A stretch of DNA of 64,000 nucleotides from Bacteroidia bacterium (GTDB lineage: Bacteria > Bacteroidota > Bacteroidia > Palsa-965): positions 46,570-110,569 of the forward strand of contig JALONL010000019.1 in the NCBI GenBank assembly GCA_025454955.1, in the 5' to 3' direction. The position numbers were made by a program, and so were the translations under genes. The notes beneath the pieces were generated by a model. The model was not told where the DNA came from, ran no database searches, and worked only from the letters and a program-made list of their open reading frames with translations. This document shows, piece after piece, positions 31,530 to 40,562 of this stretch (position 1 is its first letter; every line of letters starts with the position of its first letter).

Positions 31530-33560
31530 TTACCAGATTTCGGCGCGCTGTTCGGGTTTGCGGTACATTTTATCAGTGGCTTTCACACCAAATGCATCGT
31601 AAAACTCTTTCATGTTCGAAAGCGGGCCCAGTACGCGGAAACGCTGGGGCGCGTGCGGATCGGTTTTTACCATGTTCATGAGCGCTTTGGGGCGCATGCT
31701 TCCGCGCCAGGCCTGTGCCCACGAAATAAAGAAACGCTGTGCGCCGGTTAAACCGTCAATCTTGGCCGGTGTCTGGCCCTTGAGCGAACGCTGGTAAGCC
31801 GCATACGAAATGGTAAGACCACCCAGATCGGCAATGTTTTCGCCCAGTGTGAGCTGTCCGTTTACGGTGAGTTTAAGTGTGTCAATAGCCACAAAGCTGT
31901 TGAACTGATCTACCAGCACTTTTGCGCGGATGTCGAACGATTTGCGGTCATCGGCTGTCCACCAGTCGCGCAGGTTGCCTTCCGAATCGTACTTCGAGCC
32001 TTCATCGTCGAAACCATGTGTAAGCTCGTGACCAATTACCGCACCCATTGCGCCATAGTTCACGGCATCGTCGGCATTGGGATCAAAAAACGGAGCCTGC
32101 ATAATGGCTGCCGGGAACACGATTTCGTTAAACGCCGGATTGTAGTAAGCATTTATGGTGGCCGGTGTCATGCCCCACTCGGTTTTGTCAACCGGCTGGT
32201 TAATGCGCGAAAGCAGGTATTTTACGTCGAATTTGTTTGAGTTAAGGAAGTTGCGCACATACGATTCGCGGGTTACTTCGAGTCCGCTGTAATCGCGCCA
32301 TTTGTCGGGGTAACCGAGTTTGCGCATAATGGTGCCGAGTTTCTTGAGTGCTTCGCCCTTGGTTTTTTCGCTCATCCACGGACGTGTTTTGATGCGCTCC
32401 TTGTAGGCTTCCATGAGGTTGTCCACCATGTCGTTTACACGGTCGCGGGCCTGCGAGCTGAAATTTTTCTCCACATAAATTTTGCCCATTGCTTCGCCCA
32501 GTGCGCCTTCGGTGGTGGAGAGCACGCGTTTCCAGCGGGGCTGCAGGCGTTTCTGCCCGCTCATCATGGTGCCGTAAAATTTAAAATGCTCATTCACCAC
32601 ATCACTGTGCAATTTTCCGGCTACCGAATGCACCAGCTGCCAGCGGAAATAAGCACGCCAGGCTTCAATGGGTTCGCTGTCCATAATGCCGCCGAATGCT
32701 TTGATAAATGCAGGCTGCATGACAATAATTTCGCTCAGCGCGGGTGTGCCCATTTTCTCGAAATACTGCGGGAAATTGAAGTTGGGACAGCTTTGCTGAA
32801 TATCGGCCAGCGTCATTTTGTTGTAGAGCTTGTCGGGATCGCGCTGCTCCACGGCGGTCATTGAATTTTCGGCCAGCTTCGATTCGAGGCTGAATACCAT
32901 GTCGGCATTTTTCTGCGCCGTTTTCTCGTCGTCGCCCATGAGCAGGAACATGGCTTTTACATGTTCCCGGTAAGCGGCGGTAAGATCCTTCATTTCGGGA
33001 GCAGTGTAATAATCGCGGTCGGGCAGTCCCAGGCCCGACTGGGCAAGGTAAGGCGCGTTTTCGTTGCTGTTTTTCTGGTCGGCCATTACAAAATAGCCGA
33101 AGCCGGCGCTTACCTGCATCAAATGCATTTCGGCAAGCAGGTCGGTGATGCCTTTTTTATCGTTCAGGGCATCAATCATGGCAAACTCGGGCTTGAGGGG
33201 CGAGAAAGCCATTTTTTCCACCTGCATCGAATCCATACCGGCTGCATAAAAATCGCCGATGCGCTGCATGTCGCTTCCGGGCTTTTGCGCATTGCCCGCT
33301 GCACCTTCGCAAATGTCGCGCAGGGCTTTCTGGCTGCGGTCGTTAAGCACGTTGAAGTTGCCCCAGCGCACTTCAGTGGCCGGAATCGGGTTGTTGCGAA
33401 TCCAGATACCGTTTACATACTCGAAAAAGTCATCCTGCGGACGAACCCGTTTATCGAGCAGTTGGGTATCAATGGCTTTGTTTTCAGACACAGTCATGGC
33501 CAGTGCCAGAATTCCGGCGCCGGCCAGCGGCATCAGGGTGCGTAAAAGACGTTTGTTCAT
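31530..33560 (-). CDS. M13 family metallopeptidase (PepO/neprilysin-like)
   Basis: DDFFEYVNG, NAYY, HELTH, GENIAD and DPHAP motifs. Confidence 0.95.
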   Translation of the reverse strand: MNKRLLRTLMPLAGAGILALAMTVSENKAIDTQLLDKRVRPQDDFFEYVNGIWIRNNPIPATEVRWGNFNVLNDRSQKALRDICEGAAGNAQKPGSDMQRIGDFYAAGMDSMQVEKMAFSPLKPEFAMIDALNDKKGITDLLAEMHLMQVSAGFGYFVMADQKNSNENAPYLAQSGLGLPDRDYYTAPEMKDLTAAYREHVKAMFLLMGDDEKTAQKNADMVFSLESKLAENSMTAVEQRDPDKLYNKMTLADIQQSCPNFNFPQYFEKMGTPALSEIIVMQPAFIKAFGGIMDSEPIEAWRAYFRWQLVHSVAGKLHSDVVNEHFKFYGTMMSGQKRLQPRWKRVLSTTEGALGEAMGKIYVEKNFSSQARDRVNDMVDNLMEAYKERIKTRPWMSEKTKGEALKKLGTIMRKLGYPDKWRDYSGLEVTRESYVRNFLNSNKFDVKYLLSRINQPVDKTEWGMTPATINAYYNPAFNEIVFPAAIMQAPFFDPNADDAVNYGAMGAVIGHELTHGFDDEGSKYDSEGNLRDWWTADDRKSFDIRAKVLVDQFNSFVAIDTLKLTVNGQLTLGENIADLGGLTISYAAYQRSLKGQTPAKIDGLTGAQRFFISWAQAWRGSMRPKALMNMVKTDPHAPQRFRVLGPLSNMKEFYDAFGVKATDKMYRKPEQRAEIW

Positions 33561-33655
33561 ATTGTTAAGGAAATAGAAGCACGAAACTACGAAAACCGCT
33601 CCGTTAGTTCATACAATGTGTTGTAAACGGTTGTGGTCTGGTGTAAACGGTTTAC

Positions 33656-34606
33656 TCAGATGTGTTGGTTAAAAAGTTCGGCCAGCATACAGCGCGCGCT
33701 GCCGCCTCCGGTTTGTTCTATGGTATTGATGGAAGGAGTGAGCGGAGTGGCCACCGATTGAAGCAGTTGCCGCTGCGCCGCATCCAGCGCATTCCAGCCG
33801 GTTTGCGAGAGAATTACAAAATCTTTTCCGCCCCGGTTTTTTACAAACAGCGCATTGCCCGCAAAGGCTTCGGTTTGTTTTTGTGTAATGGCCAGCAACC
33901 GGCGGCCGGTTTTAGTAACCATGCGTGTTATTGTGCTCCGGTCGGCGGCATCGGTTATGGCTTCGGTGCAAACTATGGCCAGTTTCGGATGCAGGGCCAT
34001 AATTACATTGGTATGGTAAATTGGCCTGCCCTGCGCATCGGCCGCTTTAAATGCTACCGGCAGCAGATTTTGTTTTTCGCAAAGCTCCAGCAGCACATCG
34101 GCATCGGTACGGCTCGAAAACGAAGCCCAGGCCAGCCCGTTTTCAAAATCGAAAATCACGCTTCCCGTGCCTTCGAGGTAGCGGCCTTCGCGCTCGTGTG
34201 CCGTTAAATCGTGCAATGTGGAATACTGAAATTCCGTCCGGAGCCAGTCAATTATGCCGCTCCGGCGTTCGGTGCGGCGGTTGGGAGCTTCCATCGGATA
34301 AAGCACCAGCGAACCATTGGGGTGCGTGGAAAACCAGTTGTTGGGGAAAATGGCATCGGGACGAATTACCGAGGTATCATCGTCCCATACCTTTACCGGA
34401 ATATCGTGTGTGTGCAGCAAATTCACAAAGGCATCAAACTCGGCCAATGCAAGCTGCTGCAACGAAGCCGGTGCCGCTGCCGACGATTGCTGATAATGAT
34501 TGCTTACCGCCGTTTCGGCATTAAATCCGAAATGCGCAGGCCGTATCATAAACAAAGTTGGAATTCCCCTTTCCACGCTGCAAAAGTAAACACCAAAGCA
34601 ATGCAA
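33656..34606 (-). CDS. amidinotransferase-fold protein (citrulline utilization hydrolase CtlX-like)
   Basis: MIRPAHFGFN, PDAIFPNNWFS, LEGTGS, IYHTNV and GGGSARCM. The true start is probably ~30 nt downstream. Confidence 0.85.
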   Translation of the reverse strand: MHCFGVYFCSVERGIPTLFMIRPAHFGFNAETAVSNHYQQSSAAAPASLQQLALAEFDAFVNLLHTHDIPVKVWDDDTSVIRPDAIFPNNWFSTHPNGSLVLYPMEAPNRRTERRSGIIDWLRTEFQYSTLHDLTAHEREGRYLEGTGSVIFDFENGLAWASFSSRTDADVLLELCEKQNLLPVAFKAADAQGRPIYHTNVIMALHPKLAIVCTEAITDAADRSTITRMVTKTGRRLLAITQKQTEAFAGNALFVKNRGGKDFVILSQTGWNALDAAQRQLLQSVATPLTPSINTIEQTGGGSARCMLAELFNQHI

Positions 34607-34693
34607 AGATTGTGATTCCGGTTTTCATGTACGATATTAGCCCTATATCCCTGAGCGTAAGTACGGCAAACACAAATTAAAAATGATGCACAG

Positions 34694-35257
34694 ATGAAAA
34701 AACTCTTACTCTTTCTCTCATTCCTGAGCTGTAGTTTTCTGCACAGCCAAACCATTACCACTTACTATGTCATTCCGCCCACATCAGGGTGTAATGGGGT
34801 TTGGGCTATCGATGCAATTCAGTTGGCTTGTGGCCAGCAATATCTTTTTACTCCCTCGGGTTGTGCTAATTTTTCACCTACGGTTGTGGCCGATACGGCC
34901 TATTTTCAACTTTGTTCAATTCCCTGCTCTTTAACTGTAATCGGGCTTAATGGAATTTGCGGAATTTGTGGTACGCCGCTTACCACCGGGCAACACGAAG
35001 TTCCTTCGGCGGTGTTCACTACTTATCCCAATCCGGCTACTGCGCAAAGCGGTTATACCATTGTCACCTCGCAGCCTGCGCAGGAAGTGAAAACCGAAAT
35101 CATTTCACTTGCCGGGCAAACGGTGGCCACGCACACCCAGCCTGCACCCACGGGCAAAGTGGTGCTCGATACTTCGCAATTAGCCACCGGCACGTACATC
35201 GTCAGAATTTCGGTCGATAATGCGCCGCCGGTGCTGCAGAAAATGGTTTTGCTCTGA
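34694..35257 (+). CDS. small Cys-rich T9SS type-A cargo protein
   Basis: Signal peptide, Cys-rich ~80-aa domain, and CTD YPNPA...LATGTYIVRI...QKMVLL. Confidence 0.8.
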   Translation: MKKLLLFLSFLSCSFLHSQTITTYYVIPPTSGCNGVWAIDAIQLACGQQYLFTPSGCANFSPTVVADTAYFQLCSIPCSLTVIGLNGICGICGTPLTTGQHEVPSAVFTTYPNPATAQSGYTIVTSQPAQEVKTEIISLAGQTVATHTQPAPTGKVVLDTSQLATGTYIVRISVDNAPPVLQKMVLL

Positions 35258-35295
35258 TGCAGGGTAAACTCGTGCTGCTTTTCTAACTTAGCGGC

Positions 35296-36084
35296 ATGTA
35301 CAGGCTTGCCCCGTGGTGCTTTCTTTTACTTGCTGCGTGCAGCCAGAATGTGCCGCCACAACAGGCCGACGATACTGCACATACCATCAGGCCTGCCACA
35401 ACGCCGCCGCCCGATACGCCGGTTGCTGCCGACAGCAGCCTCATCCGCACCCGCATTGCCGCCATGCGCGACAGTGTGGCCTCGCTGCCCCTGCTTGGTG
35501 CCGGGCTGGTAAACATTCAGCAAATTGCCCCCGAAATTCTGGTCGAGCTCAAATACTCCACCACCGGCAATTTCCTGGGCTACGATGTATATGGCGACCT
35601 GAACACGGCCTACCTTCAGCCCGATGTGGCGCAGAAACTGGCCGCCGCACAACGCGCACTGAGCCTTAAACGCCCCGGCTTTCGCCTGCTGGTGTATGAT
35701 GCCGCAAGGCCGGTAAGCATACAGCAAAAAATGTGGGACACCCTGCGCCACCGCCCGCTCGACCGCTCAAAGTACGTGTCGAATCCGGCCAACGGAGGCT
35801 CGCTGCACAATTATGGCGCCGCGGTAGATCTTACCATTGCCGACAGCGCAGGCCACCCGCTCGACATGGGCAGCGAATACGATTACTTCGGCATCGAATC
35901 GCACCCGGCACACGAAGCCGAGCTTCTGGCCGCCGGCAAATTAACCCAAGCACAAATTGCCAACCGCAAACTCCTGCGCGAAATTATGCGCAACGCCGGT
36001 TTCTTCGGCATTACTTCCGAATGGTGGCATTTTAATTCGTGTACAAGAAAAGTGGCTCAGGAAAAGTATGCGTTATTGAGGTAA
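35296..36084 (+). CDS. ddpX: D-alanyl-D-alanine dipeptidase (M15D, VanX/DdpX-like) lipoprotein
   Basis: Lipobox LAAC; YDAARP, SLHNYGAAVDLT and EWWHF motifs. Confidence 0.9.
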   Translation: MYRLAPWCFLLLAACSQNVPPQQADDTAHTIRPATTPPPDTPVAADSSLIRTRIAAMRDSVASLPLLGAGLVNIQQIAPEILVELKYSTTGNFLGYDVYGDLNTAYLQPDVAQKLAAAQRALSLKRPGFRLLVYDAARPVSIQQKMWDTLRHRPLDRSKYVSNPANGGSLHNYGAAVDLTIADSAGHPLDMGSEYDYFGIESHPAHEAELLAAGKLTQAQIANRKLLREIMRNAGFFGITSEWWHFNSCTRKVAQEKYALLR

Positions 36085-36282
36085 TGTGTCTGATGATTGC
36101 TGACGCTCCAACTCATCTCTTTTTTCTGCTTCTTCGGGAGTGAGGAAAACAATTTCACCCTCTTCCATTACCACCAATACCGATTTCTTTTGTTTTTTAA
36201 ATTCGAGCAGTCTTTGATATACTAAATCAAAGCCCGCCATAATTTTATCTTTAAGCGCGATTTGCTCTTCAATAGTGGTCAT
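36073..36282 (-). CDS. small hypothetical protein of the type usually encoded downstream of zeta-toxin-like ATPases
   Basis: KIMAGFDLVYQRLLEFKKQKKSVLVVMEEGEIV pattern; locally AT-rich. Confidence 0.5.
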   Translation of the reverse strand: MTTIEEQIALKDKIMAGFDLVYQRLLEFKKQKKSVLVVMEEGEIVFLTPEEAEKRDELERQQSSDTLPQ

Positions 36283-36402
36283 TGTAATGTTTGAATTTTC
36301 GGAATCTTTCATGGCAGGCAACTATTTCACCGGGATGGTAAATTTATTTTCAATCAACTCACTTTCCCTGCCTGTGTACCACACCCGAATCAAATCCAGT
36401 TA

Positions 36403-37341
36403 TCAGAACAGATTATACTTCTGCCGCTGAAACTGATCAAAATTCTTGTATTTGCCACCGCGCTTATTATAGTCGAAACGATACCCAAGTGTAATTTCAT
36501 GCGAACCCGAGTGCCCGCCGCGCAGGCGCGAAATGCCGAGGTCGTAGGAATACACAAACTGATATTCGCCCAGAAACACCATGCCTGCCTGCAGCGCCAC
36601 CGCGTCGCGCAAACGCCAGGCCACACCGGCAATAATTTTTTCGCGGATGTGCAAACGCAGGTTGTAGTTGATGGTTAACGGCAGGGCCTTCACGTAAGTG
36701 GCAAACAGGTTGTTTTCCCACACAAAATCGGGATGCCCGTGGAAATTATAGCCGAAGGTGAAGTAGTAGTGATTTTCGTTGCGCACCACGGTTTCGCCGA
36801 GGTTGTATTTCGACTGAAGAATATTTACCAGGCCCAGCCCGAAGTGGAAACGGTCGTTGTAAAGCAGCAGGCCCGCATTCGGGTTGCGCTTTCTGTCGAA
36901 GGTGTTTAAGCCGGGGGCAAACGACGGGTCGCCGGTCCAGTGCTGGGTAAGATCGGCGGCGTTGAACGTATATCGGGTAAAGTTGAGACCAATGCCGGCC
37001 GAAAATTCCACATCGGGAAAGCGCAGGTGAAATGCGGCGGTAAAGCCGTAGGTAAATCTTCGCGAGGGGCCGGTTACATCGTTGCTCAGCAGGGCACCAA
37101 TACCAATCATGCCTTTCAGCAGGCGGCTGTGTACCAGCGCGGTTTGCTGCACGGGCGCATCGTCGAAACCAAGCCACTGGGCGCGGTAATTCAATCGTGC
37201 ATCCAACGTGCCGCGTGTGCCGGTGTAAGCCGGGTTTATCATCGGGGTGAGCGACGGAAACTGGGTGTAATCAGGCAATTGCTGTGCGGTGGCGGTGGCA
37301 ATACTCAGTACACTAATGCAGAGAAGGAATATGCGTTTCAT
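36403..37341 (-). CDS. PorP/SprF family T9SS outer-membrane protein
   Basis: QQLPDYTQF..INPAYTG, YRAQWLG, YSYD and GSHEITLGY; directly downstream of a type-B cargo gene. Confidence 0.92.
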   Translation of the reverse strand: MKRIFLLCISVLSIATATAQQLPDYTQFPSLTPMINPAYTGTRGTLDARLNYRAQWLGFDDAPVQQTALVHSRLLKGMIGIGALLSNDVTGPSRRFTYGFTAAFHLRFPDVEFSAGIGLNFTRYTFNAADLTQHWTGDPSFAPGLNTFDRKRNPNAGLLLYNDRFHFGLGLVNILQSKYNLGETVVRNENHYYFTFGYNFHGHPDFVWENNLFATYVKALPLTINYNLRLHIREKIIAGVAWRLRDAVALQAGMVFLGEYQFVYSYDLGISRLRGGHSGSHEITLGYRFDYNKRGGKYKNFDQFQRQKYNLF

Positions 37342-37344
37342 CGG

Positions 37345-38397
37345 TTAGCGTACTATGGTCACTGAATCGTAAATTTTGGGTGAGCCGTCGCCCAGGTCGA
37401 GCACATAATAGTATGTGGCATCGGGCAGTCGGTCGCCATAGTTGGTGCCGTCCCAGCTATTGTCATAATTTCCTTTCGAATAAACCAACTGTCCGGTACG
37501 GTCAAATACTTCGAGACGGCAATTGGGATATTTGTAAATATTACCCACGTAAAAGAAATCATTTATCCCGTCGTTGTTGGGCGAGAAGGAATTGTATAAA
37601 AAGATTTCCCGGTTGGGAACCACATTCACCGTTACCGAGGTATAGTTGGGACAGCCAACCTCATCGAAACCCGCAAGCAGGTAGGTGGTGGTATCGGTTG
37701 GTTCGGCACTAACCGAAGCATTGAATGAATTTGATAAACCATCGGGCGGGCTCCAGTAATAGGATGAGCCGCCGCTTGCGGTGAGTATGGCAGTTTGCCC
37801 TTCGAGAATGGTTATTACGGTGGGCGAAACAGTAATTACCGGTATCGGCTGCACTGTAACCAATACCGTATTAACCACCGGCGTGCATCCTGTAGAAGTA
37901 ATGGTAACAGAGTAGGTAGTGGTAACGGTTGGTGTGGCCACCGGGCGCGGATCGGACGTGGAACTTAAACTTGCCGCCGGCGACCAGGCATAAGACAATG
38001 ACCCATCGTTTGTGGGAAGTCCAAGCTGTACCTGCCCGCCTGTGCATACAAAAGTATCGTTTCCGCCACCGGCCACGGCTATGGGGTTAATGTCAATTGT
38101 AATTGTATCAGTATCGGTGTTGCCGTCGGCATCGCTTACGGTGAGAATGTATTGTGTGTTGCCGGCCGGTGTGGCTACCGGGTTGGCCGCGGTGGCGCTG
38201 TTTAGTCCGGTAGCGGGTGTCCAGCTGTAGGTGTAAGGCGCATTACCGCCGGTGGCAGTGGGTGTGCCGCCCAGGGTAAAGTTGGCTCCGGGGCAAATCA
38301 TGGTATAGGTGACACCTGCATCGGCCACTACCTGAGCATTCAGGTGTGAGCCTGTGAGTAAAAGCAGGAGAGTAAGCAGCGGCAAAAATGATTTCAC
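37345..38397 (-). CDS. T9SS type-B cargo protein with Ig-like repeats
   Basis: Repeated YSWxPxxGL...P..TTTY units; CTD FSPNNDGINDFF...WDG...TYYY...VTIVR. Confidence 0.9.
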   Translation of the reverse strand: MKSFLPLLTLLLLLTGSHLNAQVVADAGVTYTMICPGANFTLGGTPTATGGNAPYTYSWTPATGLNSATAANPVATPAGNTQYILTVSDADGNTDTDTITIDINPIAVAGGGNDTFVCTGGQVQLGLPTNDGSLSYAWSPAASLSSTSDPRPVATPTVTTTYSVTITSTGCTPVVNTVLVTVQPIPVITVSPTVITILEGQTAILTASGGSSYYWSPPDGLSNSFNASVSAEPTDTTTYLLAGFDEVGCPNYTSVTVNVVPNREIFLYNSFSPNNDGINDFFYVGNIYKYPNCRLEVFDRTGQLVYSKGNYDNSWDGTNYGDRLPDATYYYVLDLGDGSPKIYDSVTIVR

Positions 38398-38484
38398 AAT
38401 CTGGCAGAATGGTTAATATACAGGAGATTCAGGACGATTTACAAAGATAACGTTCTGATTGAGGTGATAAGTGTGAATTTAGGT

Positions 38485-39387
38485 CTAAAAATAGATTTCC
38501 ATGGCCACGCGATAGGTATTGGCGTGTGCCTCCACAATATCCGAAATCTGTGCGGAATATCCGCCGCCCATGCTCACGGCTACCGGCACTTTGTGTTTAC
38601 GACAGGTTTCAAACACCATTCTGTCGCGCAGGGCGCAACCCTGGCGGCTTACGGCGAGGCGGCCGAGTTTGTCGGTGGCCAATATGTCCACACCGGCCTG
38701 GTAGAATACAAAATCGGGTTCCACGGTGTCCATAAGCCGGGGCAAATGGTGTTCGAGCAGGGCGAGGTAGGGTTTGTCGGTAATGCCGTCGGGCAGTTCC
38801 ACGTCGAGGTACGATTGTTCTTTGTGCATGGGGTAATTTTTGGCCCCGTGCATACTGAACGTAAATACGTTTTGGCTGCCGGCAAACAAATGTGCGGTGC
38901 CGTTTCCCTGATGCACATCGAGATCGACCACGAGTATGCGTGTGGCTAATTGGCGGTGCAGGAGCACGTTGGCGGCGGCGGCAATGTCGTTGAGCAGGCA
39001 AAAGCCTTCGCCGCGGTTGGCGTAGGCGTGGTGTGTACCTCCGGCAATGTTAAAGGCCACGCCATGCTGCATGGCCCGCAGCGCACCATCAACCGAGCCC
39101 TGCAAAATGGTGACTTCGCGCTGCACCAGTGCGGGCGAGAGCGGGAAACCGGTTTTGCGTATTTCGGCGGCGGTGAGTTGTTGTGTGTGCAGGCGGTGCA
39201 GGTACGCGGCATCGTGCGTGAGCAGAATGTCGGCATCAGCCATGGGCTGCGGCTCGAAAAAATTGGCGGGTTTCAGTGTGCCTTCGTACAAAAGCTGTTC
39301 GGGCAGCAGTTCGTACTTGGCCATCGGAAACCGATGCCCCGCAGGAAGCGGATGCGCATACACAGGCGACCAGGCAACGTAAAGCAT
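38485..39387 (-). CDS. histone deacetylase family protein
   Basis: HRFPMAKY, GGTHHA, GFCLLND, DLDVHQGNG and GGGY motifs. Confidence 0.93.
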   Translation of the reverse strand: MLYVAWSPVYAHPLPAGHRFPMAKYELLPEQLLYEGTLKPANFFEPQPMADADILLTHDAAYLHRLHTQQLTAAEIRKTGFPLSPALVQREVTILQGSVDGALRAMQHGVAFNIAGGTHHAYANRGEGFCLLNDIAAAANVLLHRQLATRILVVDLDVHQGNGTAHLFAGSQNVFTFSMHGAKNYPMHKEQSYLDVELPDGITDKPYLALLEHHLPRLMDTVEPDFVFYQAGVDILATDKLGRLAVSRQGCALRDRMVFETCRKHKVPVAVSMGGGYSAQISDIVEAHANTYRVAMEIYF

Positions 39388-39514
39388 AGGCAGTTGCAAA
39401 AGTAACAATCAAACACTGCCGCAGGTTTGCTGCCACACCATGTTTAACCGCTTACACAAAAATACAACGGCCGCCCTTTTCGGGCAGCCGTTGCAATGCT
39501 GGTTCGTTTATGCG

Positions 39515-40207
39515 TTATCGCAGATCAATTTCCTCGGTTCCGGCCGGGTAATTTTTGAGGCTGTATTCAAACTCGGTGTCGTTTACGGCCAGATTGGGTG
39601 TAAAGGTTTTCACCGCATAAATCATCTTCGATCCGTCGGAATTAAACATGGTGGCACCTACAATCTGTTTTTTCAGTTTATCAATTTTCACCTTCACCGT
39701 GTGGTAACTCTTTCCATCGGGTTTTTCGGGATAGAGGTTGATATACTGAATGGCGCGGCCGCTTTCGGTTACTTCCTTCTCGAATTTGTACTTAAACCCT
39801 TTTTCGTGAATGGTGAAAATATCGGAAGGCACAATGGCATTTTTGGTATTCGGTTTGGACGGATCGGGCGCGTTGTCAACCGTTACTTCTTTGTCCTTTT
39901 CGCTGTAAGTACAAATTACCTGGGTGTTGCTGCGGTATTCCTCCTTGTAAATTTTCTCTTTTATTTTTTTGTTGAGGATTACCTTATACTTTTTGCCTTT
40001 GAGCACCACAGTACCATCCTGCACGTCTTTGGTGCCGTTTGGTTTTTCGATGGTAATGCTGAAAGAAGCAGTAATGCTGGTATATGCCTTCGCGGTTTTG
40101 CTTACCTCGTCGAGGATGGTTTTGGCTTTGGGATCCTGCTGCGCAGCGGCAGAAACAGTGATCAGAAGTGCGGTGGCGGCAAGCGCCTTTTTCAGGGTAG
40201 GTTTCAT
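39515..40207 (-). CDS. lolA: outer-membrane lipoprotein carrier LolA
   Basis: Signal peptide and QDPKAKTILDEVS...KEVTV...IDLR; conserved ftsK-lolA order. Confidence 0.85.
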   Translation of the reverse strand: MKPTLKKALAATALLITVSAAAQQDPKAKTILDEVSKTAKAYTSITASFSITIEKPNGTKDVQDGTVVLKGKKYKVILNKKIKEKIYKEEYRSNTQVICTYSEKDKEVTVDNAPDPSKPNTKNAIVPSDIFTIHEKGFKYKFEKEVTESGRAIQYINLYPEKPDGKSYHTVKVKIDKLKKQIVGATMFNSDGSKMIYAVKTFTPNLAVNDTEFEYSLKNYPAGTEEIDLR

Positions 40208-40325
40208 TTTAGAAATCCGATTATGCTGGTCAGGTTTCAAAAAGCGTTCCAAAGTTACAAAATGCTTCTGTTGGTTGTTAAATCATTGATAATCAAAACC
40301 CATTTTAACAGGTTTTGTGCTTTTC

Positions 40326-40489
40326 AGAGGCTGTTTAAAATTCGTTTTTGAGATTTGTGATGAGCAGATTTTTTCTCAGACAAGGCGCATTTTGCAGGCG
40401 ATCCTTGGAGAGGATCGACAAAAAATGGAACGCGGGATGAGGAAAAATCTGCCATAACAAAGCCAAAGGATGATTTTTAAACAGCCTCT
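40326..40489. mobile_element. MITE-like 164-bp element with 15-bp terminal inverted repeats
   Basis: AGAGGCTGTTTAAAA (40326-40340) / TTTTAAACAGCCTCT (40475-40489); internal complementary arms GCAGATTTTTTCTCA / TGAGGAAAAATCTGC; central GATCCT..AGGATC hairpin; no ORF. Confidence 0.75.
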
Positions 40490-40505
40490 CAATCAGACTC
40501 CAAAA

Positions 40506-40538
40506 ATTCGGCCGGGTTTAATGTACCCGGCCGAATTA
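40506..40538 (-). terminator. ftsK terminator
   Basis: AATTCGGCCGGGT / ACCCGGCCGAATT inverted repeat. Confidence 0.7.
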
Positions 40539-40562
40539 TGTTTCACAGGTTTGAATTTCAGT

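Noticed and set aside
36403-38397. Type-B cargo plus PorP/SprF pair as a novel system
   Set aside because: This is a well-described T9SS arrangement (SprB/SprF-like).
40278-40296. TAAATCATTGATAATCAA, resembling tyrosine-recombinase-associated sites in Bacteroidota
   Set aside because: Single copy with no partner site or integrase in the window; cannot be supported.
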